Assembly (NCBI GenBank): GCA_964487045.1
Contig: CAZAOT010000001.1
Span: 215,863 to 279,862 of the forward strand
From: an uncultured Candidatus Saccharibacteria bacterium
Lineage (GTDB): Bacteria; Patescibacteriota; UBA1384; DTJR01
DNA: 64,000 nucleotides
Direction: 5' to 3'
Position 1 is the first letter of the stretch; each line of letters begins with the position of its first letter. The position numbers and the translations under genes were made by a program. Below the pieces are notes generated by a model, which saw only the letters and a list, made by a program, of their open reading frames with translations, was not told where the DNA came from and ran no database searches. Of the stretch, positions 1 to 10,728 are shown piece by piece.

Positions 1-1109
1 TGTTTGTCGGAGTTGGAGCTTCGCGTGTGAGAGATATGTTCACCAAGGCCAAGAGAAACGCTCCATGCGTAATATTCATCGATGAACTTGATGCTATTGG
101 CCGCCAAAGAGGCTCTGGACTGGGTGGTAGCCATGACGAGCGTGAGCAGACCCTCAACCAGATTCTGGTTGAAATGGATGGCTTTGAGACCGACACAAGA
201 GTGATCGTCCTAGCAGCCACCAACAGACCTGACGTACTTGATCCGGCACTACTTAGGCCAGGAAGATTTGATCGCCGAGTTGCGCTTAGTTTGCCTGACA
301 AAAATGACCGAGAAGAAATTATCAAAATCCACTCACTTAATAAGCCAATCGAGAAAAACGCTGACTATGGCCGAATTGCCTCAAACACCGTTGGTATGAG
401 CGGAGCTGACCTGAAAAATGTGATGAACGAAGCAGCGATTCTTGCAGCCAGAAAAGATCAAAAGACCGTTACTGAAAAAAATGTTTTCGAAGCAATCGAA
501 AAAGTTACACTCGGACCTGAACGAAAAAGTAAAATCATGAACGCCCACGAGAAAAAAATTGCCGCCTATCATGAGGCTGGTCATGCTGTGATCGGTCATG
601 CTATTAAAGACGATCAAGCCTTGCAGAAAGTATCCATCATCTCCCGTGGACAAGCCCTCGGATATACCTGGAGTATGCCGAAAGAAGATACTTATATGCG
701 ATCAAAAGATGAATTCTTAAATGATATCGCTGAGCTTCTTGCTGGACGGGTAGCGGAGAACATGATCTTTAGTCAGCAAACTACTGGAGCCTCAAACGAC
801 CTTGAGCGCGCCACGAAGATTGCCCGAGATATGGTTCAAGTTTATGGTATGAGCGAGATCATCGGACCGGTAGTTGTCGGCCAGAGAGACGAACTCGTTT
901 TCTTGGGACGAGAGTTGACTGAGCACAAAAACAGAAGCGAAAAGACCTCTGCTCTTATTGATAGCGAAATTGAGAAATTCGTCAGAGCTGGTGAAGATAG
1001 AGCTAAAAAAATCCTTACTAAAGATAAATCAAAACTTACCAAACTTGCAGAAGCATTACTCAAAAACGAAACATTAGATCGCGAAGAACTCGAGAAGATT
1101 TTAGCCTAG
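1..1109 (+). CDS. ftsH: ATP-dependent zinc metalloprotease FtsH, 5'-truncated by the window edge
   Basis: Walker [39 protein letters not shown] zinc motif. Confidence 0.97.
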   Translation, partial: FVGVGASRVRDMFTKAKRNAPCVIFIDELDAIGRQRGSGLGGSHDEREQTLNQILVEMDGFETDTRVIVLAATNRPDVLDPALLRPGRFDRRVALSLPDKNDREEIIKIHSLNKPIEKNADYGRIASNTVGMSGADLKNVMNEAAILAARKDQKTVTEKNVFEAIEKVTLGPERKSKIMNAHEKKIAAYHEAGHAVIGHAIKDDQALQKVSIISRGQALGYTWSMPKEDTYMRSKDEFLNDIAELLAGRVAENMIFSQQTTGASNDLERATKIARDMVQVYGMSEIIGPVVVGQRDELVFLGRELTEHKNRSEKTSALIDSEIEKFVRAGEDRAKKILTKDKSKLTKLAEALLKNETLDREELEKILA

Positions 1110-1119
1110 AACTAGTTGT

Positions 1120-2766
1120 TTATAGATATTCTGACGTGAATGCTGGTGGGAGTGCATTGAGGCTTGCTACAGGCACCAATCCAGAAAGACTAGTTCTACT
1201 ATCAGGGATCCACTTGTCTTGTCCTGAGTAAGCGGCATAATATTTGTATTTGCCATTTACTACTGCACGCAAACTCCAAAAGGCTTGAGAGTCACCTGTC
1301 CCGCCATATTTAACCAGTGTGGCAACGTATCCACGAGATTTATTGTATGTCCTCCATGTATAGTGAGAGCTAATAGTTCCAAATCTGGCCAAATCTCGAG
1401 TTGGTGAGCTCCAAAAATTTGTAGATTCAACTTGTCTTTTTCTAACATATACTTGCCTCTCCTTTTCGGTTGCAGCAGCTTCTCTTTCGGCCCATCGTAT
1501 TTTCTCGTAATAAAGGGGATCTTGTCCAGCAGCTTCTGCGGCCACAATTCGTTTATATTCCAAAATTGCGTCTTTAATGTTATTGCAATTATCTAACTTA
1601 TTCTGTGCCTTGCCAAAAAGCTGATTTTTCAATGCAGACAATCTTCCCTTTATCTCTGTAAGTCTGTTGTCAGTAAGTTTATTTTTTTTGAGATATTTTT
1701 CTCTTTCTGCGATAAATTGACTTATGTCTTTCTTGCACTCCTTCAGTTCTGGACTTTCAGCGGTTACCTTGTCTATCATTTTTATCCATTCCTGACATTT
1801 CGCGATAGCTTTTTTGGGGTCTTTTGTGAATATTTCTTTATCTTTATATTCCTTATATTGACCCTCGATCGTACTATAAGGAAGTCTTATAGGGTCGTTA
1901 ATAGTTGCATAGTCGATCTCTCTGTAATCGTATAAAAATTTATTTACCCTTGCTCTACAGTTTGAAATAGTAGATGTAGATTTATCTTCATTATCAGTCT
2001 TTAATCCCGTTGGCAAAGTCACTTGATTAGGATTTTCAGCCAAAGATGCTCCGGCGGTCTGCCCAGTTCCATCATTCCCGGTCGTCGCGACTGTTCCCGT
2101 TGCTGCATCTGTTTTGCCCTGTTCGACAGCCTGTTGTACCGTATCGTTTGGTTTAGTGACTGGGATAGCATCACCTTTTGAGCTGACAATCTCGCCATAA
2201 TCCTCACTATTTGGTCCCTGACAATCCGGTTTAGACTGGGATTGAATCACCGTTCTTTGTAAGTCTTGCGCTAGGAAATCTTTTCTACCTGCGTTTGTTT
2301 CTTTGTTCCATTCAACCCATTTTTGCATAAAGGCTTCGCCATTTGCTACAAATACGATCGGCTTTCCGTTGATACTTCCGCCATTTAAATAGTCGACAAC
2401 TTTTGCTCTATTTTCAGTTTCCTTACCAGCAGCCGTGCTTATTTCAGGAACGCAAATTTGAGAACATCTAAAATTTTTACCACCAAGAGGTTTTAGGACT
2501 TCTCCGGTTTTGTACGCCGAATTTCCGGTAACGTACTTGTTGATGTTGTCTGGTCCAGGATAATTATTGATTGCGATAGCAGCTGAACCTTCCACGCATT
2601 TTCCCTGAACTGGGCGAGTGGTGACAGTCGAGGCATCTACCGGATAGTAATATTTAAAAATAAATAAAGAAGAGATTGAGATAGCAAAAAAGAGTGCCAA
2701 GGTACCAGCAATCGACCACAAAACCGCAATTAACTCACGAGGTGCCTCGTGGTGTGAGTGACTCAT
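1120..2766 (-). CDS. Hypothetical membrane-anchored extracellular protein (548 aa)
   Basis: Long ORF, AAGGAGG SD, N-terminal TM helix, Thr/Gln/Gly-rich linker, Cys-paired helical segments. Confidence 0.8.
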   Translation of the reverse strand: MSHSHHEAPRELIAVLWSIAGTLALFFAISISSLFIFKYYYPVDASTVTTRPVQGKCVEGSAAIAINNYPGPDNINKYVTGNSAYKTGEVLKPLGGKNFRCSQICVPEISTAAGKETENRAKVVDYLNGGSINGKPIVFVANGEAFMQKWVEWNKETNAGRKDFLAQDLQRTVIQSQSKPDCQGPNSEDYGEIVSSKGDAIPVTKPNDTVQQAVEQGKTDAATGTVATTGNDGTGQTAGASLAENPNQVTLPTGLKTDNEDKSTSTISNCRARVNKFLYDYREIDYATINDPIRLPYSTIEGQYKEYKDKEIFTKDPKKAIAKCQEWIKMIDKVTAESPELKECKKDISQFIAEREKYLKKNKLTDNRLTEIKGRLSALKNQLFGKAQNKLDNCNNIKDAILEYKRIVAAEAAGQDPLYYEKIRWAEREAAATEKERQVYVRKRQVESTNFWSSPTRDLARFGTISSHYTWRTYNKSRGYVATLVKYGGTGDSQAFWSLRAVVNGKYKYYAAYSGQDKWIPDSRTSLSGLVPVASLNALPPAFTSEYL

Positions 2767-3018
2767 ATCCCTCCTTATTAATTATATTTTAGGGAAGTGG
2801 TAGCTAAATTGCAACCCGCTCCCGTTTTTAAAATATATTAGAAAAACGGGAAGTCCCGCATCAATTCCTGAAGGCGAACGAGGATGCTTTGCGAAGGTGG
2901 AATTCGCAAATATCAAAATTGTAGATATTACCAATCCTATGTGTTGCATTCAAGAATTTGGTGCTGGGATGTATCATGCTCGTTGCAAGCATTCTCGCTC
3001 GCTGATAAGCTAATAGTC

Positions 3019-4872
3019 ATGGATATTTTAGAAGGCTTAAATCCGGCACAGAAAGAAGCCGTTACGGTGACAGAGGGCCCCGTTTTGATATTGGCTGGAG
3101 CTGGTTCAGGAAAAACTAGAGCGCTTACTCATAGGATCGCCTACTTAATAGGGGAGAAGAGTGTTAGCGTTCAAAATATTTTGGCCGTGACTTTCACCAA
3201 TAAAGCTGCCGGTGTGATGGGCGAAAGAGTATCTAAATTGCTTAAGACAGAAGCTAAATTGCCCTGGCTCGGTACTTTTCACTCTATTTGTGTCAAAATC
3301 CTACGCCGCGAGGTTCACCAGCTCGGCTATTCCAGTAAATTCTCAATATACGATCAGGACGATTCTCTGAGGCTTATCAAACAAACGATGAAATCGCAGG
3401 GTATAGACGAGAAGAAATTTAATCCTCGCGCAATTCAATCTTATATTTCAGGAGCAAAAGGGGAGTTGATCGATGCCAAGGCATATCAAAGTTTTGCTTT
3501 TGACGTATTTCAGGAAAATGTAGCTAAAGTTTATAAAATTTATGAAAGAAAACTTAAAGAGCAGGATGCGCTTGATTTTGATGATTTGATAGGGAAGGCA
3601 GTCGAGCTGTTTCAAAAATTTCCGGAAGTATTAAATAATTATCAAAGTCGTTTTAGATATATCTTGGTCGATGAGTACCAGGACACAAATCATTCTCAAT
3701 ATATTCTGCTTAAATTAATCGCCGAAAAACATCAAAACATCTTCGCGATAGGGGACGACTGGCAGTCGATCTATTCTTTCAGAGGAGCAAAATTTCAGAA
3801 TATTCTTGACTTTAAGAAAGACTATCCAAAGGCAAAAGTGATTTATTTGGAGGAGAATTACAGATCTAAAGCGCCGATTTTGGATGCGGCGCAAGCAATT
3901 ATCAAAAACAATGAACTCAGGTCTGACAAGAGCATCTTTACCAAGAGGGTAGGGGGGTCACCGGTGATGGTCATCGGCTCGCCGACTAAAAACGAAGAAG
4001 TAGAATTTATTCTTGACGAGATCCTATCGCTCAAGATAGGGGAGGGGCGAGAGCTAAATGACTTTGTAATTTTATATCGAATTAACGCCCAATCGCGAGC
4101 TTTTGAGGAATCGATGATGCGCCGCGGACTTCCCTACCGGATCATCGGGGGAGTCAGGTTCTATGAAAGACGCGAAATTAAAGATATTTTGGCGTATTTG
4201 CGTTTCGCCCGCAATCGCCTTGACACCATTTCCCTCTCCAGAATCATAAATGTACCCGCCCGAGGGATCGGCGAGAAAACCGAAAATCAAATTTTGGCTG
4301 ATCTAGATCAAGCTTTAAATTTTCCAAAATTCGCTAAGTTCATGGAGATTATCGAAAAAATTTCTGCTCAAATTGACAAAAACCTCAAGCCAGATGTTTT
4401 GATTGATCATGCACTTACCTTCTCTGGCTACAAGGACTTTCTAAATGACGGAACTATCGAATCTCAAGGCCGACTGGAAAACCTAGAGGAACTCAAAAAT
4501 GCCGCCGCCAGTTTCGAGACACTTGAGGAATTTTTAGAATCAGTCGCTTTAGTATCTGACACGGATAAATTTCAAGAAGATCGTGATTACCTAACTTTGA
4601 TGACCGTACACGCAGCCAAGGGTTTAGAATTTCCAGTTGTTTTTATTTCAGGTTTGGAAGAGGGTGTCTTCCCACATTCACAGAGCCAATTCGATCCTAA
4701 CGAACTTGAAGAAGAACGCAGACTATTATATGTTGGTATGACAAGGGCGATGGAGAGGTTGTATTTAACCTACGCTAGAAGCAAGTATCTCTATGGCCAA
4801 CTGCAATTAGCAACAGAGTCTAGATTTATAAAGGAGTTGCCTGATGACCAAGTCGAAATTATTGATGTGTAG
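3019..4872 (+). CDS. pcrA: UvrD/PcrA ATP-dependent DNA helicase
   Basis: LNPAQKEAV, AGAGSGKT, VDEYQDTN, TVHAAKGLEF, EERRLLYVGMTRA; start reassigned to ATG 3019. Confidence 0.95.
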   Translation: MDILEGLNPAQKEAVTVTEGPVLILAGAGSGKTRALTHRIAYLIGEKSVSVQNILAVTFTNKAAGVMGERVSKLLKTEAKLPWLGTFHSICVKILRREVHQLGYSSKFSIYDQDDSLRLIKQTMKSQGIDEKKFNPRAIQSYISGAKGELIDAKAYQSFAFDVFQENVAKVYKIYERKLKEQDALDFDDLIGKAVELFQKFPEVLNNYQSRFRYILVDEYQDTNHSQYILLKLIAEKHQNIFAIGDDWQSIYSFRGAKFQNILDFKKDYPKAKVIYLEENYRSKAPILDAAQAIIKNNELRSDKSIFTKRVGGSPVMVIGSPTKNEEVEFILDEILSLKIGEGRELNDFVILYRINAQSRAFEESMMRRGLPYRIIGGVRFYERREIKDILAYLRFARNRLDTISLSRIINVPARGIGEKTENQILADLDQALNFPKFAKFMEIIEKISAQIDKNLKPDVLIDHALTFSGYKDFLNDGTIESQGRLENLEELKNAAASFETLEEFLESVALVSDTDKFQEDRDYLTLMTVHAAKGLEFPVVFISGLEEGVFPHSQSQFDPNELEEERRLLYVGMTRAMERLYLTYARSKYLYGQLQLATESRFIKELPDDQVEIIDV

Positions 4873-5788
4873 CGCTATTCTATCGCTTGTTTTTATAGCT
4901 ACCCCAGCGCTTGCTTACGACGAATCTTATTTCAAAGGCAAAGCTATTGAAAAAGCTGGTTTTCAGGAAGATGAGCTAGTGGTTGAACCCGAGTTGGTTT
5001 ATTCTTTGCCGGGTAGCCGAGAGCTAGCCGGGGGGAGTGAAGCGGATAGGGTCATTACAATTATTGATCCTAAATTCTCCATCACCGGGATCACCGCTGT
5101 CTTCAAGGCGCCAATTTATACTATTGTTGACCAAACTAAGACCTATCAGCTCCCTTCTTTTAAGCGAAGAGTAGGGGACATTTTAGCCGCTGGGGGAGTC
5201 GATATTGCAAAAGAAGATATGGTAAATCCGAATCTTTCCTCTTCCGCCCCCCTGCCAGAAAATAATAATTTAATTAAAATCACCCGTGTTTCGGTCGCTG
5301 AAATTGAAAAATTTGAATCACTCCCCTATCAGACAAAAAGAATTGACGATCCAACCTTGGAACGCGGTAAGGAAAAAGTCGAACAAGAAGGGAAAATTGG
5401 AAAAAAGCGACTCCTCTACTCTGTTAGGCGTGAGAATGGTGTCGAAGTTTCAAGGGTTCTCTCTAAAGATGAAATTGTTGAAAAACCAAAGGATAAAATC
5501 ATCAAAGTGGGAACTAAGATAGTAGTGCTTAGTTCCAAAAGAGGCATCGCAACCGCTACCAACCGAAATAACGCAGTTGTCTCGGCTAATTATAAAAAGG
5601 GCACTCTGATCAGAATCACCAACCTCCAGAACAACACTACTATTATAAAAACGGTCAATTACACTTGGGGTACTGCTACTGCGCCCGATGGGATTGTGCT
5701 AGACCTGTCCTGGAGTATTTTGGACGAGCTTAAATATGACGGCAAGGGCAAAGGACCTAGCGTCTTAGTTGAGGAGATTAAGCCATGA
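4844..5788 (+). CDS. Secreted G5-domain protein (YabE/Rpf-like architecture; C-terminal domain possibly RlpA-like)
   Basis: Signal peptide; G5 pattern (DPTLERGKEKVEQEGKIG...KIIKVGTK); directly upstream of rsmA as in yabE-ksgA synteny. Confidence 0.75.
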   Translation: MTKSKLLMCSAILSLVFIATPALAYDESYFKGKAIEKAGFQEDELVVEPELVYSLPGSRELAGGSEADRVITIIDPKFSITGITAVFKAPIYTIVDQTKTYQLPSFKRRVGDILAAGGVDIAKEDMVNPNLSSSAPLPENNNLIKITRVSVAEIEKFESLPYQTKRIDDPTLERGKEKVEQEGKIGKKRLLYSVRRENGVEVSRVLSKDEIVEKPKDKIIKVGTKIVVLSSKRGIATATNRNNAVVSANYKKGTLIRITNLQNNTTIIKTVNYTWGTATAPDGIVLDLSWSILDELKYDGKGKGPSVLVEEIKP

Positions 5789-6609
5789 GTGATAAATCCA
5801 TCTATCTAGAGAAATACAAGCAGTTTCATTTTGATAAATCTCTTGGTCAGCATTTTTTGACTAATGACGCGGTTGTCGAAAATATGGTTAAACACGCCAA
5901 GATCGAACGCGAAGATGCGATATTAGAAATTGGCCCCGGTCTTGGAATTCTTTCGCATGCCTTAGTCGCCTCGCCTGCTCGCGAAGTTATTCTTTGCGAA
6001 AAAGATGATTTGTTTGCCGCGATTTTAAAAAAGGAAATCACTAATAACAGGGTAAAAGTTATCACCGAAGACGCCCTCGTGCTAGTCCCCACCCTCCAAG
6101 TAAAACCGCCTTTTAAAGTAGTCTCAAATCTTCCATATAATATCTCATCACCGATTATTACTTCACTTTTGACGATGTCTCCTACTCTTCCGACAAAAAT
6201 TATCGTTATGCTTCAGAAGGAAGTCGCCGAGAGGCTGGTCACTCCGGCGGGAAATTCTGACCGAGGGATCATCACGGTTTTGATCGAATCTTTTGGTAAG
6301 GCTTCTATCATAGATCAGGTTCCTAAAGAAGATTTCTACCCCAGCCCGAAAGTGGATTCAGCGGTTTTGATGATTGAAGACATTAAGCCTTCTCAAATCG
6401 ATCCTAAGAAATTACTCAAGATTTTAAAAATGTCTTTTGCTGGTAAGCGCAAAAAGATCAAAAACTCATTGTTTTCAACTCTAAAGATTCCAGCTGATCA
6501 AGCGCTTGAGATTGCCAAGAATTCAGGTTTTTCGCTTGATGATCGTCCCGAGGATCTCACAATCGACGCGTGGACTAAATTGTTTAAAGCTCTCGAAGCA
6601 TTTAAATAA
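5785..6609 (+). CDS. rsmA: 16S rRNA m6,2A dimethyltransferase RsmA/KsgA
   Basis: KSLGQHFL, LEIGPGLG, VSNLPYNISSP, FYPSPKVDSAV. Confidence 0.96.
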   Translation: MSDKSIYLEKYKQFHFDKSLGQHFLTNDAVVENMVKHAKIEREDAILEIGPGLGILSHALVASPAREVILCEKDDLFAAILKKEITNNRVKVITEDALVLVPTLQVKPPFKVVSNLPYNISSPIITSLLTMSPTLPTKIIVMLQKEVAERLVTPAGNSDRGIITVLIESFGKASIIDQVPKEDFYPSPKVDSAVLMIEDIKPSQIDPKKLLKILKMSFAGKRKKIKNSLFSTLKIPADQALEIAKNSGFSLDDRPEDLTIDAWTKLFKALEAFK

Positions 6610-6659
6610 AAAAGTCGCTTATCTAGCGACACCATAATTAGAAATTAAAAATTACCGGC

Positions 6660-7187
6660 TTATGAAGTAAGGCGGTCTAGCAGCCATCCCATTCCCACTC
6701 CGATAAGGGCTGTTTTCCAAAAATCTCCAGATTTATCAGTTTCAACCGAGAGGTTGTAATTATCTCCACCGAAAGCGATATAGTTTCGTCCTAGCGCGGG
6801 GTATTGAAGGTAGTTATTATTGCTACCATAATTATTATAATTTCCGAGCATCGGGTTATAACCCTGACATTTCGATTGAGGAAGCAGGGAATTTATAAGC
6901 AAACACATAATTAGCCACTCTCCAGTGCCCATATTGGCCAGTTGCGAGTTATATGAATATTGATTGCCATAACCTGATATTAAGCCATTCGTTGCGTTCC
7001 AAATATTTCCATTCTCAGAGCACGTATTTAAATTATCCCCCGGCGACGCCCAGGTACCATCAGGCATCTGCTGCCAATATTCGCCTTGAATTTGTTTACA
7101 AGTTCCTACTGGATAAGAAGTAATGGAAGCGGCAAATGATACGCTTGGTAGCAAAACTATAAAAAGTCCGATCAAAAACTTCTTCAT
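6660..7187 (-). CDS. Hypothetical secreted Asn/Gly/Tyr-rich protein
   Basis: Signal peptide MKKFLIGLFIVLLPSVSFA; C-terminal hydrophobic helix. Confidence 0.7.
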   Translation of the reverse strand: MKKFLIGLFIVLLPSVSFAASITSYPVGTCKQIQGEYWQQMPDGTWASPGDNLNTCSENGNIWNATNGLISGYGNQYSYNSQLANMGTGEWLIMCLLINSLLPQSKCQGYNPMLGNYNNYGSNNNYLQYPALGRNYIAFGGDNYNLSVETDKSGDFWKTALIGVGMGWLLDRLTS

Positions 7188-7326
7188 TAGCTAAATTTTA
7201 CATCTTTACGCAGGGGTCCGCAACTATTTACATATAAATTGAGAATATTATAATGGCACTTAACCGCAAGGATCAGCGGCATATAAGATTGGTCCAATGT
7301 CTGGCCGCAAGGCCAAAAGCAGGTGA

Positions 7327-8118
7327 ATGATGGAAAAGCTGTTTTACGGTCAGCCGGAGGTGGTTGCTGCAACTAGCCCCGTCGACGTTTTTGAAGTAGG
7401 TAATGGGTGGGGTCTCGCCAGGCAACAGCTGTATAACGACCCTTGTGCATTGGCGGTTGCCAGAGTCGAAAACTGCGCTTTTCTGGTCCGTTTCGAAAAT
7501 GGCCCAGAAATTGACTGGCAGGCAGGAGAGGGCTGGGGATGGTGTTTTCACGACGGCGGCTTCGTGCATACCGATATGCCAGAAGGCGGTAGATATATCT
7601 ACCCGGCCGTCGATCCTCTAGTGTTGTTCGCAGTCAGAGACGGCTGGGACTGGGAACAATTCCAGTATGCTCGCATGCTGCAGATCATCTGCGGCATCAG
7701 CGGTATGTACGAGCATGGGCAGAGCGTGTTCGAAGAACTCTACCCGAAGCTAAAGTTCCGCAAGAGTCTCGGTAACTACCAGGATCTCAGTAACGCGCTG
7801 GTTGCTGCCACTGCAGGACGTATGGCTCATCGGAGGGTCACAGTCCTAGGAGATTTCTGTAAGACGCAGCTCCAATGCGCAGGCAAGGGTGACAAGCGTC
7901 CCCTTGAGGCTCTGGTTACTACCCAGGGGCCAGTCGGTTATGTTGCTAATAGGCTCAAGGATGCCATCTATGCCATGATGGATGTCTGTAACAGCCTTGT
8001 CGGTGATTCAGTGGATCTTCAAGGCAGAAAGCTACTGCCTCGCAGTGAAGAACCGACGAGCGCCCTGGATTTCACGAAAGTCGACGAGGAATTACAGCGT
8101 ACGATCAACCTATTGTAG
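7327..8118 (+). CDS. Hypothetical protein (GC-rich orphan cassette)
   Basis: 263-aa ORF, AGGTGA SD, GC-richer than flanks, followed by a hairpin. Confidence 0.7.
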   Translation: MMEKLFYGQPEVVAATSPVDVFEVGNGWGLARQQLYNDPCALAVARVENCAFLVRFENGPEIDWQAGEGWGWCFHDGGFVHTDMPEGGRYIYPAVDPLVLFAVRDGWDWEQFQYARMLQIICGISGMYEHGQSVFEELYPKLKFRKSLGNYQDLSNALVAATAGRMAHRRVTVLGDFCKTQLQCAGKGDKRPLEALVTTQGPVGYVANRLKDAIYAMMDVCNSLVGDSVDLQGRKLLPRSEEPTSALDFTKVDEELQRTINLL

Positions 8119-8140
8119 TTCTGTTTGTAGAGTTGCCCAC

Positions 8141-8165
8141 GGGTTGCCTGATTCTTAGGCAACCC
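8141..8165. terminator. Hairpin between convergent ORF 7327-8118 and miaA
   Basis: GGGTTGCCT-gattctt-AGGCAACCC. Confidence 0.7.
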
Positions 8166-8172
8166 TTCTTCT

Positions 8173-9129
8173 CTATAGCCAAGTAGTGATACGTTTGATC
8201 GCATCAGAGGAACTTTTTATCAAAATCAAATCTTGTTGTTTGCGAAGCCAAGTCAGCTGTCGGCGAGCATAGCCGTGAGTTTTCCATTTAAGCTCCTGAG
8301 CCATTTCTTTGAATTCTTTGGAATTTAAGACTTGAGATTTATGATTTGATTGGAACTTGGAAATTGGAACTTGGAAATTTTGCGTTAAATAATCGCTAAT
8401 TATTCTATATTCGAGACCTAGGGATTCGAGCCACTGGTGTGATACTCCACTGCTGAGCAATCCTACTACTTCCTCTAGCATCCTCTGCTTAGCGAATCGA
8501 ACATCAACTCTCTTATCAATTCTGCTATAAAGTTCTTCTCTGGGTAGGTCGATCGCTAATATTAAGCTTTCAAAATTAGGCTTTTGCTTGGTTGTACTAA
8601 TTCCCTCTTGAGTTTTTTCGATCGCTCGAATCAGCCTGCGAGGGTTTTGTATATCCAATTTTTCTGAATCTATTTTTAATTTTTTTATTAACTTTTGGAG
8701 CTTCTCTAGGGTCATCTTGTTAAGTATGTCTCTAGAATAATGTTGCGAAGCGACTCCTGAGCTCTTAGTTCTTAGTTTTGAGCTATCAGATATGCGAAAT
8801 CCTTCAGCCAGCGCTTTTGCATATAATCCTGTCCCCCCGACTACTATTGGCAATTTGCCGGCGCTAAATATTTCTTCAATTTTTGTTTTAGCTTGTTCTA
8901 GCCAATCAAAAAGTGTGAATTTTTCTTCTGGAATGCAAATATCGATCAGGTGATATTTAACGCCATCATATTCACTAAGGTCCTTGCCAGAACCGATATC
9001 AAGGCCCTTATATACTTGGCGCGAATCAGCTGAAATAATCTCGCCATCAAATTTTTTGGCGAGTTTTACGGCTAAGGATGTTTTGCCTGATCCAGTTGGT
9101 CCTAAAATAAAAACCACTTTTCTTTTCAT
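8173..9129 (-). CDS. miaA: tRNA dimethylallyltransferase MiaA
   Basis: GPTGSGKT, ISADSRQVYKGLDIGSGK, VGGTGLY, YARRQLTW; start at MKRKVV. Confidence 0.96.
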   Translation of the reverse strand: MKRKVVFILGPTGSGKTSLAVKLAKKFDGEIISADSRQVYKGLDIGSGKDLSEYDGVKYHLIDICIPEEKFTLFDWLEQAKTKIEEIFSAGKLPIVVGGTGLYAKALAEGFRISDSSKLRTKSSGVASQHYSRDILNKMTLEKLQKLIKKLKIDSEKLDIQNPRRLIRAIEKTQEGISTTKQKPNFESLILAIDLPREELYSRIDKRVDVRFAKQRMLEEVVGLLSSGVSHQWLESLGLEYRIISDYLTQNFQVPISKFQSNHKSQVLNSKEFKEMAQELKWKTHGYARRQLTWLRKQQDLILIKSSSDAIKRITTWL

Positions 9130-9186
9130 CTCGAGAAGTTTATCAAAAATATTGTTTTCTATCAACCGGGCGATATAATCAAATCA

Positions 9187-10728
9187 ATGAGCAAGCTCTC
9201 AAAAGTCTATTCAATTTTTACTCATTCACTTGATGCTAATTTGGTTGAGGTTGAAGTTGATGTTGGTGCCGGTATTCCTTCTCTTATAATTGTCGGTCTG
9301 CCCGACAAGTCAGTAGAGGAGGCCAAAGAGCGGGTTAAGTTAGCTATAAGAAATTCAGGATTAGATTTTCCAGATAAAAAAATAATTGTAAATTTAGCTC
9401 CGGCTGACCAGAAAAAGGAAGGACCTCTTTATGACCTGCCAATTGCGATCGGAATTCTAGCTGCCACTGGTATGATTGATGGCGAGAAGTTAAAGAAGAC
9501 AATTTTACTTGGCGAACTTTCTCTCTCTGGTGAAATCAAACCTGTTAGAGCAGTTATCCAAGCGGCAGAACTTGCAAAAAATAAAAATTATAATTTAATA
9601 ATCCCTTCACAAAATTTGATGGAGGCGGGCTTGATCGAAGGGGTCAATGTTTATGCCCCGGAAAATCTGCAAGAACTATTTAAATCCTTAGAAACGAAAA
9701 AGGAAATTTTTTCGAAAACCAAAAAGCCGAAGATTCCATATCTAGACGATTTTGGTGAATATGATTTTTCAAATATAGTTGGGCAGTTTATGGCTAAGCG
9801 TGCATTAGAAATTGCTGCCGCCGGAGCTCATAACATTTTATTTTTCGGCTCTCCCGGCGGCGGAAAAACCTTATTGTCTAAAAGTATCGTTTCGATCCTG
9901 CCGGAGTTGAACGAACAGGAGATGCTGGAAGTTACGAAAATTTATTCGGTTGCTGGGATGCTTTCGAGCGATAAGCCAATTATTAATTGCCGACCATTTT
10001 TATCTCCTCATCACACAACCTCACCGGTCGCGATTATCGGCGGAGGGACCAATCCAAAGCCCGGATCCGTTTCGCTTGCACATAAAGGAGTTCTTTTTCT
10101 TGATGAGTTTCCAGAGTTTCCTCGTTCTGTTCTCGAAGCTCTGCGCCAGCCGCTTGAAGACAGGGTTGTGACGATATCAAGAGCCCAAGGCTCGATCACT
10201 TATCCGGCTGATTTTATGCTCGTTGCCTCCGAGAATCCTTGCCCTTGTGGTTATTATGGTGATCCCAAGCGAGAATGCACTTGCTCGACAACACAGATTA
10301 TTGCCTATCACAAGAAAATTTCTGGTCCGATGCTCGATAGAATTGACCTTCACCTAGAAGTCGAAAAAATTCCGCTTAAAACTATCAAATCAAAATCCAA
10401 AGAAGAGCCTTCGTCGGAGGTTCGCCGGAGGGTCAGCAGTGCCAGAAATATCGCTCTTTCGCGAGCGCAGAAATTACTAAATAAACCCAAATTAAATAGC
10501 GCTCTTAGTCGCCAGGATTTGCTCAAAGTTGCTCCGCTTGATAGTGCTTGTGAAAAATTACTTGAGGACGCATGTGATAAACTAGACCTATCGATGAGGC
10601 AATTTTTGAAACTGCAAAAAATCGCGAGAACAATTGCTGATCTGGAAGGCGCGACCAATATTAGCATTTCACATTTATCGGAAGCCCTTCAATATAGATC
10701 AAAGAAAGGAGAGCGCGGTGGAATTTAA
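9187..10728 (+). CDS. comM: YifB/ComM Mg-chelatase-like AAA+ ATPase
   Basis: VGLPDKSVEEAKERV, GSPGGGKT, LAHKGVLFLDEFPEF, NPCPCG, KISGPMLDRID. Confidence 0.93.
   Translation: MSKLSKVYSIFTHSLDANLVEVEVDVGAGIPSLIIVGLPDKSVEEAKERVKLAIRNSGLDFPDKKIIVNLAPADQKKEGPLYDLPIAIGILAATGMIDGEKLKKTILLGELSLSGEIKPVRAVIQAAELAKNKNYNLIIPSQNLMEAGLIEGVNVYAPENLQELFKSLETKKEIFSKTKKPKIPYLDDFGEYDFSNIVGQFMAKRALEIAAAGAHNILFFGSPGGGKTLLSKSIVSILPELNEQEMLEVTKIYSVAGMLSSDKPIINCRPFLSPHHTTSPVAIIGGGTNPKPGSVSLAHKGVLFLDEFPEFPRSVLEALRQPLEDRVVTISRAQGSITYPADFMLVASENPCPCGYYGDPKRECTCSTTQIIAYHKKISGPMLDRIDLHLEVEKIPLKTIKSKSKEEPSSEVRRRVSSARNIALSRAQKLLNKPKLNSALSRQDLLKVAPLDSACEKLLEDACDKLDLSMRQFLKLQKIARTIADLEGATNISISHLSEALQYRSKKGERGGI

Noticed and set aside
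2884-3018. N-terminal extension of PcrA (similar extensions on miaA, secG, the SIS gene, ftsA-like and greA)
   Set aside because: Family homology starts at downstream ATGs that have better promoter or SD context
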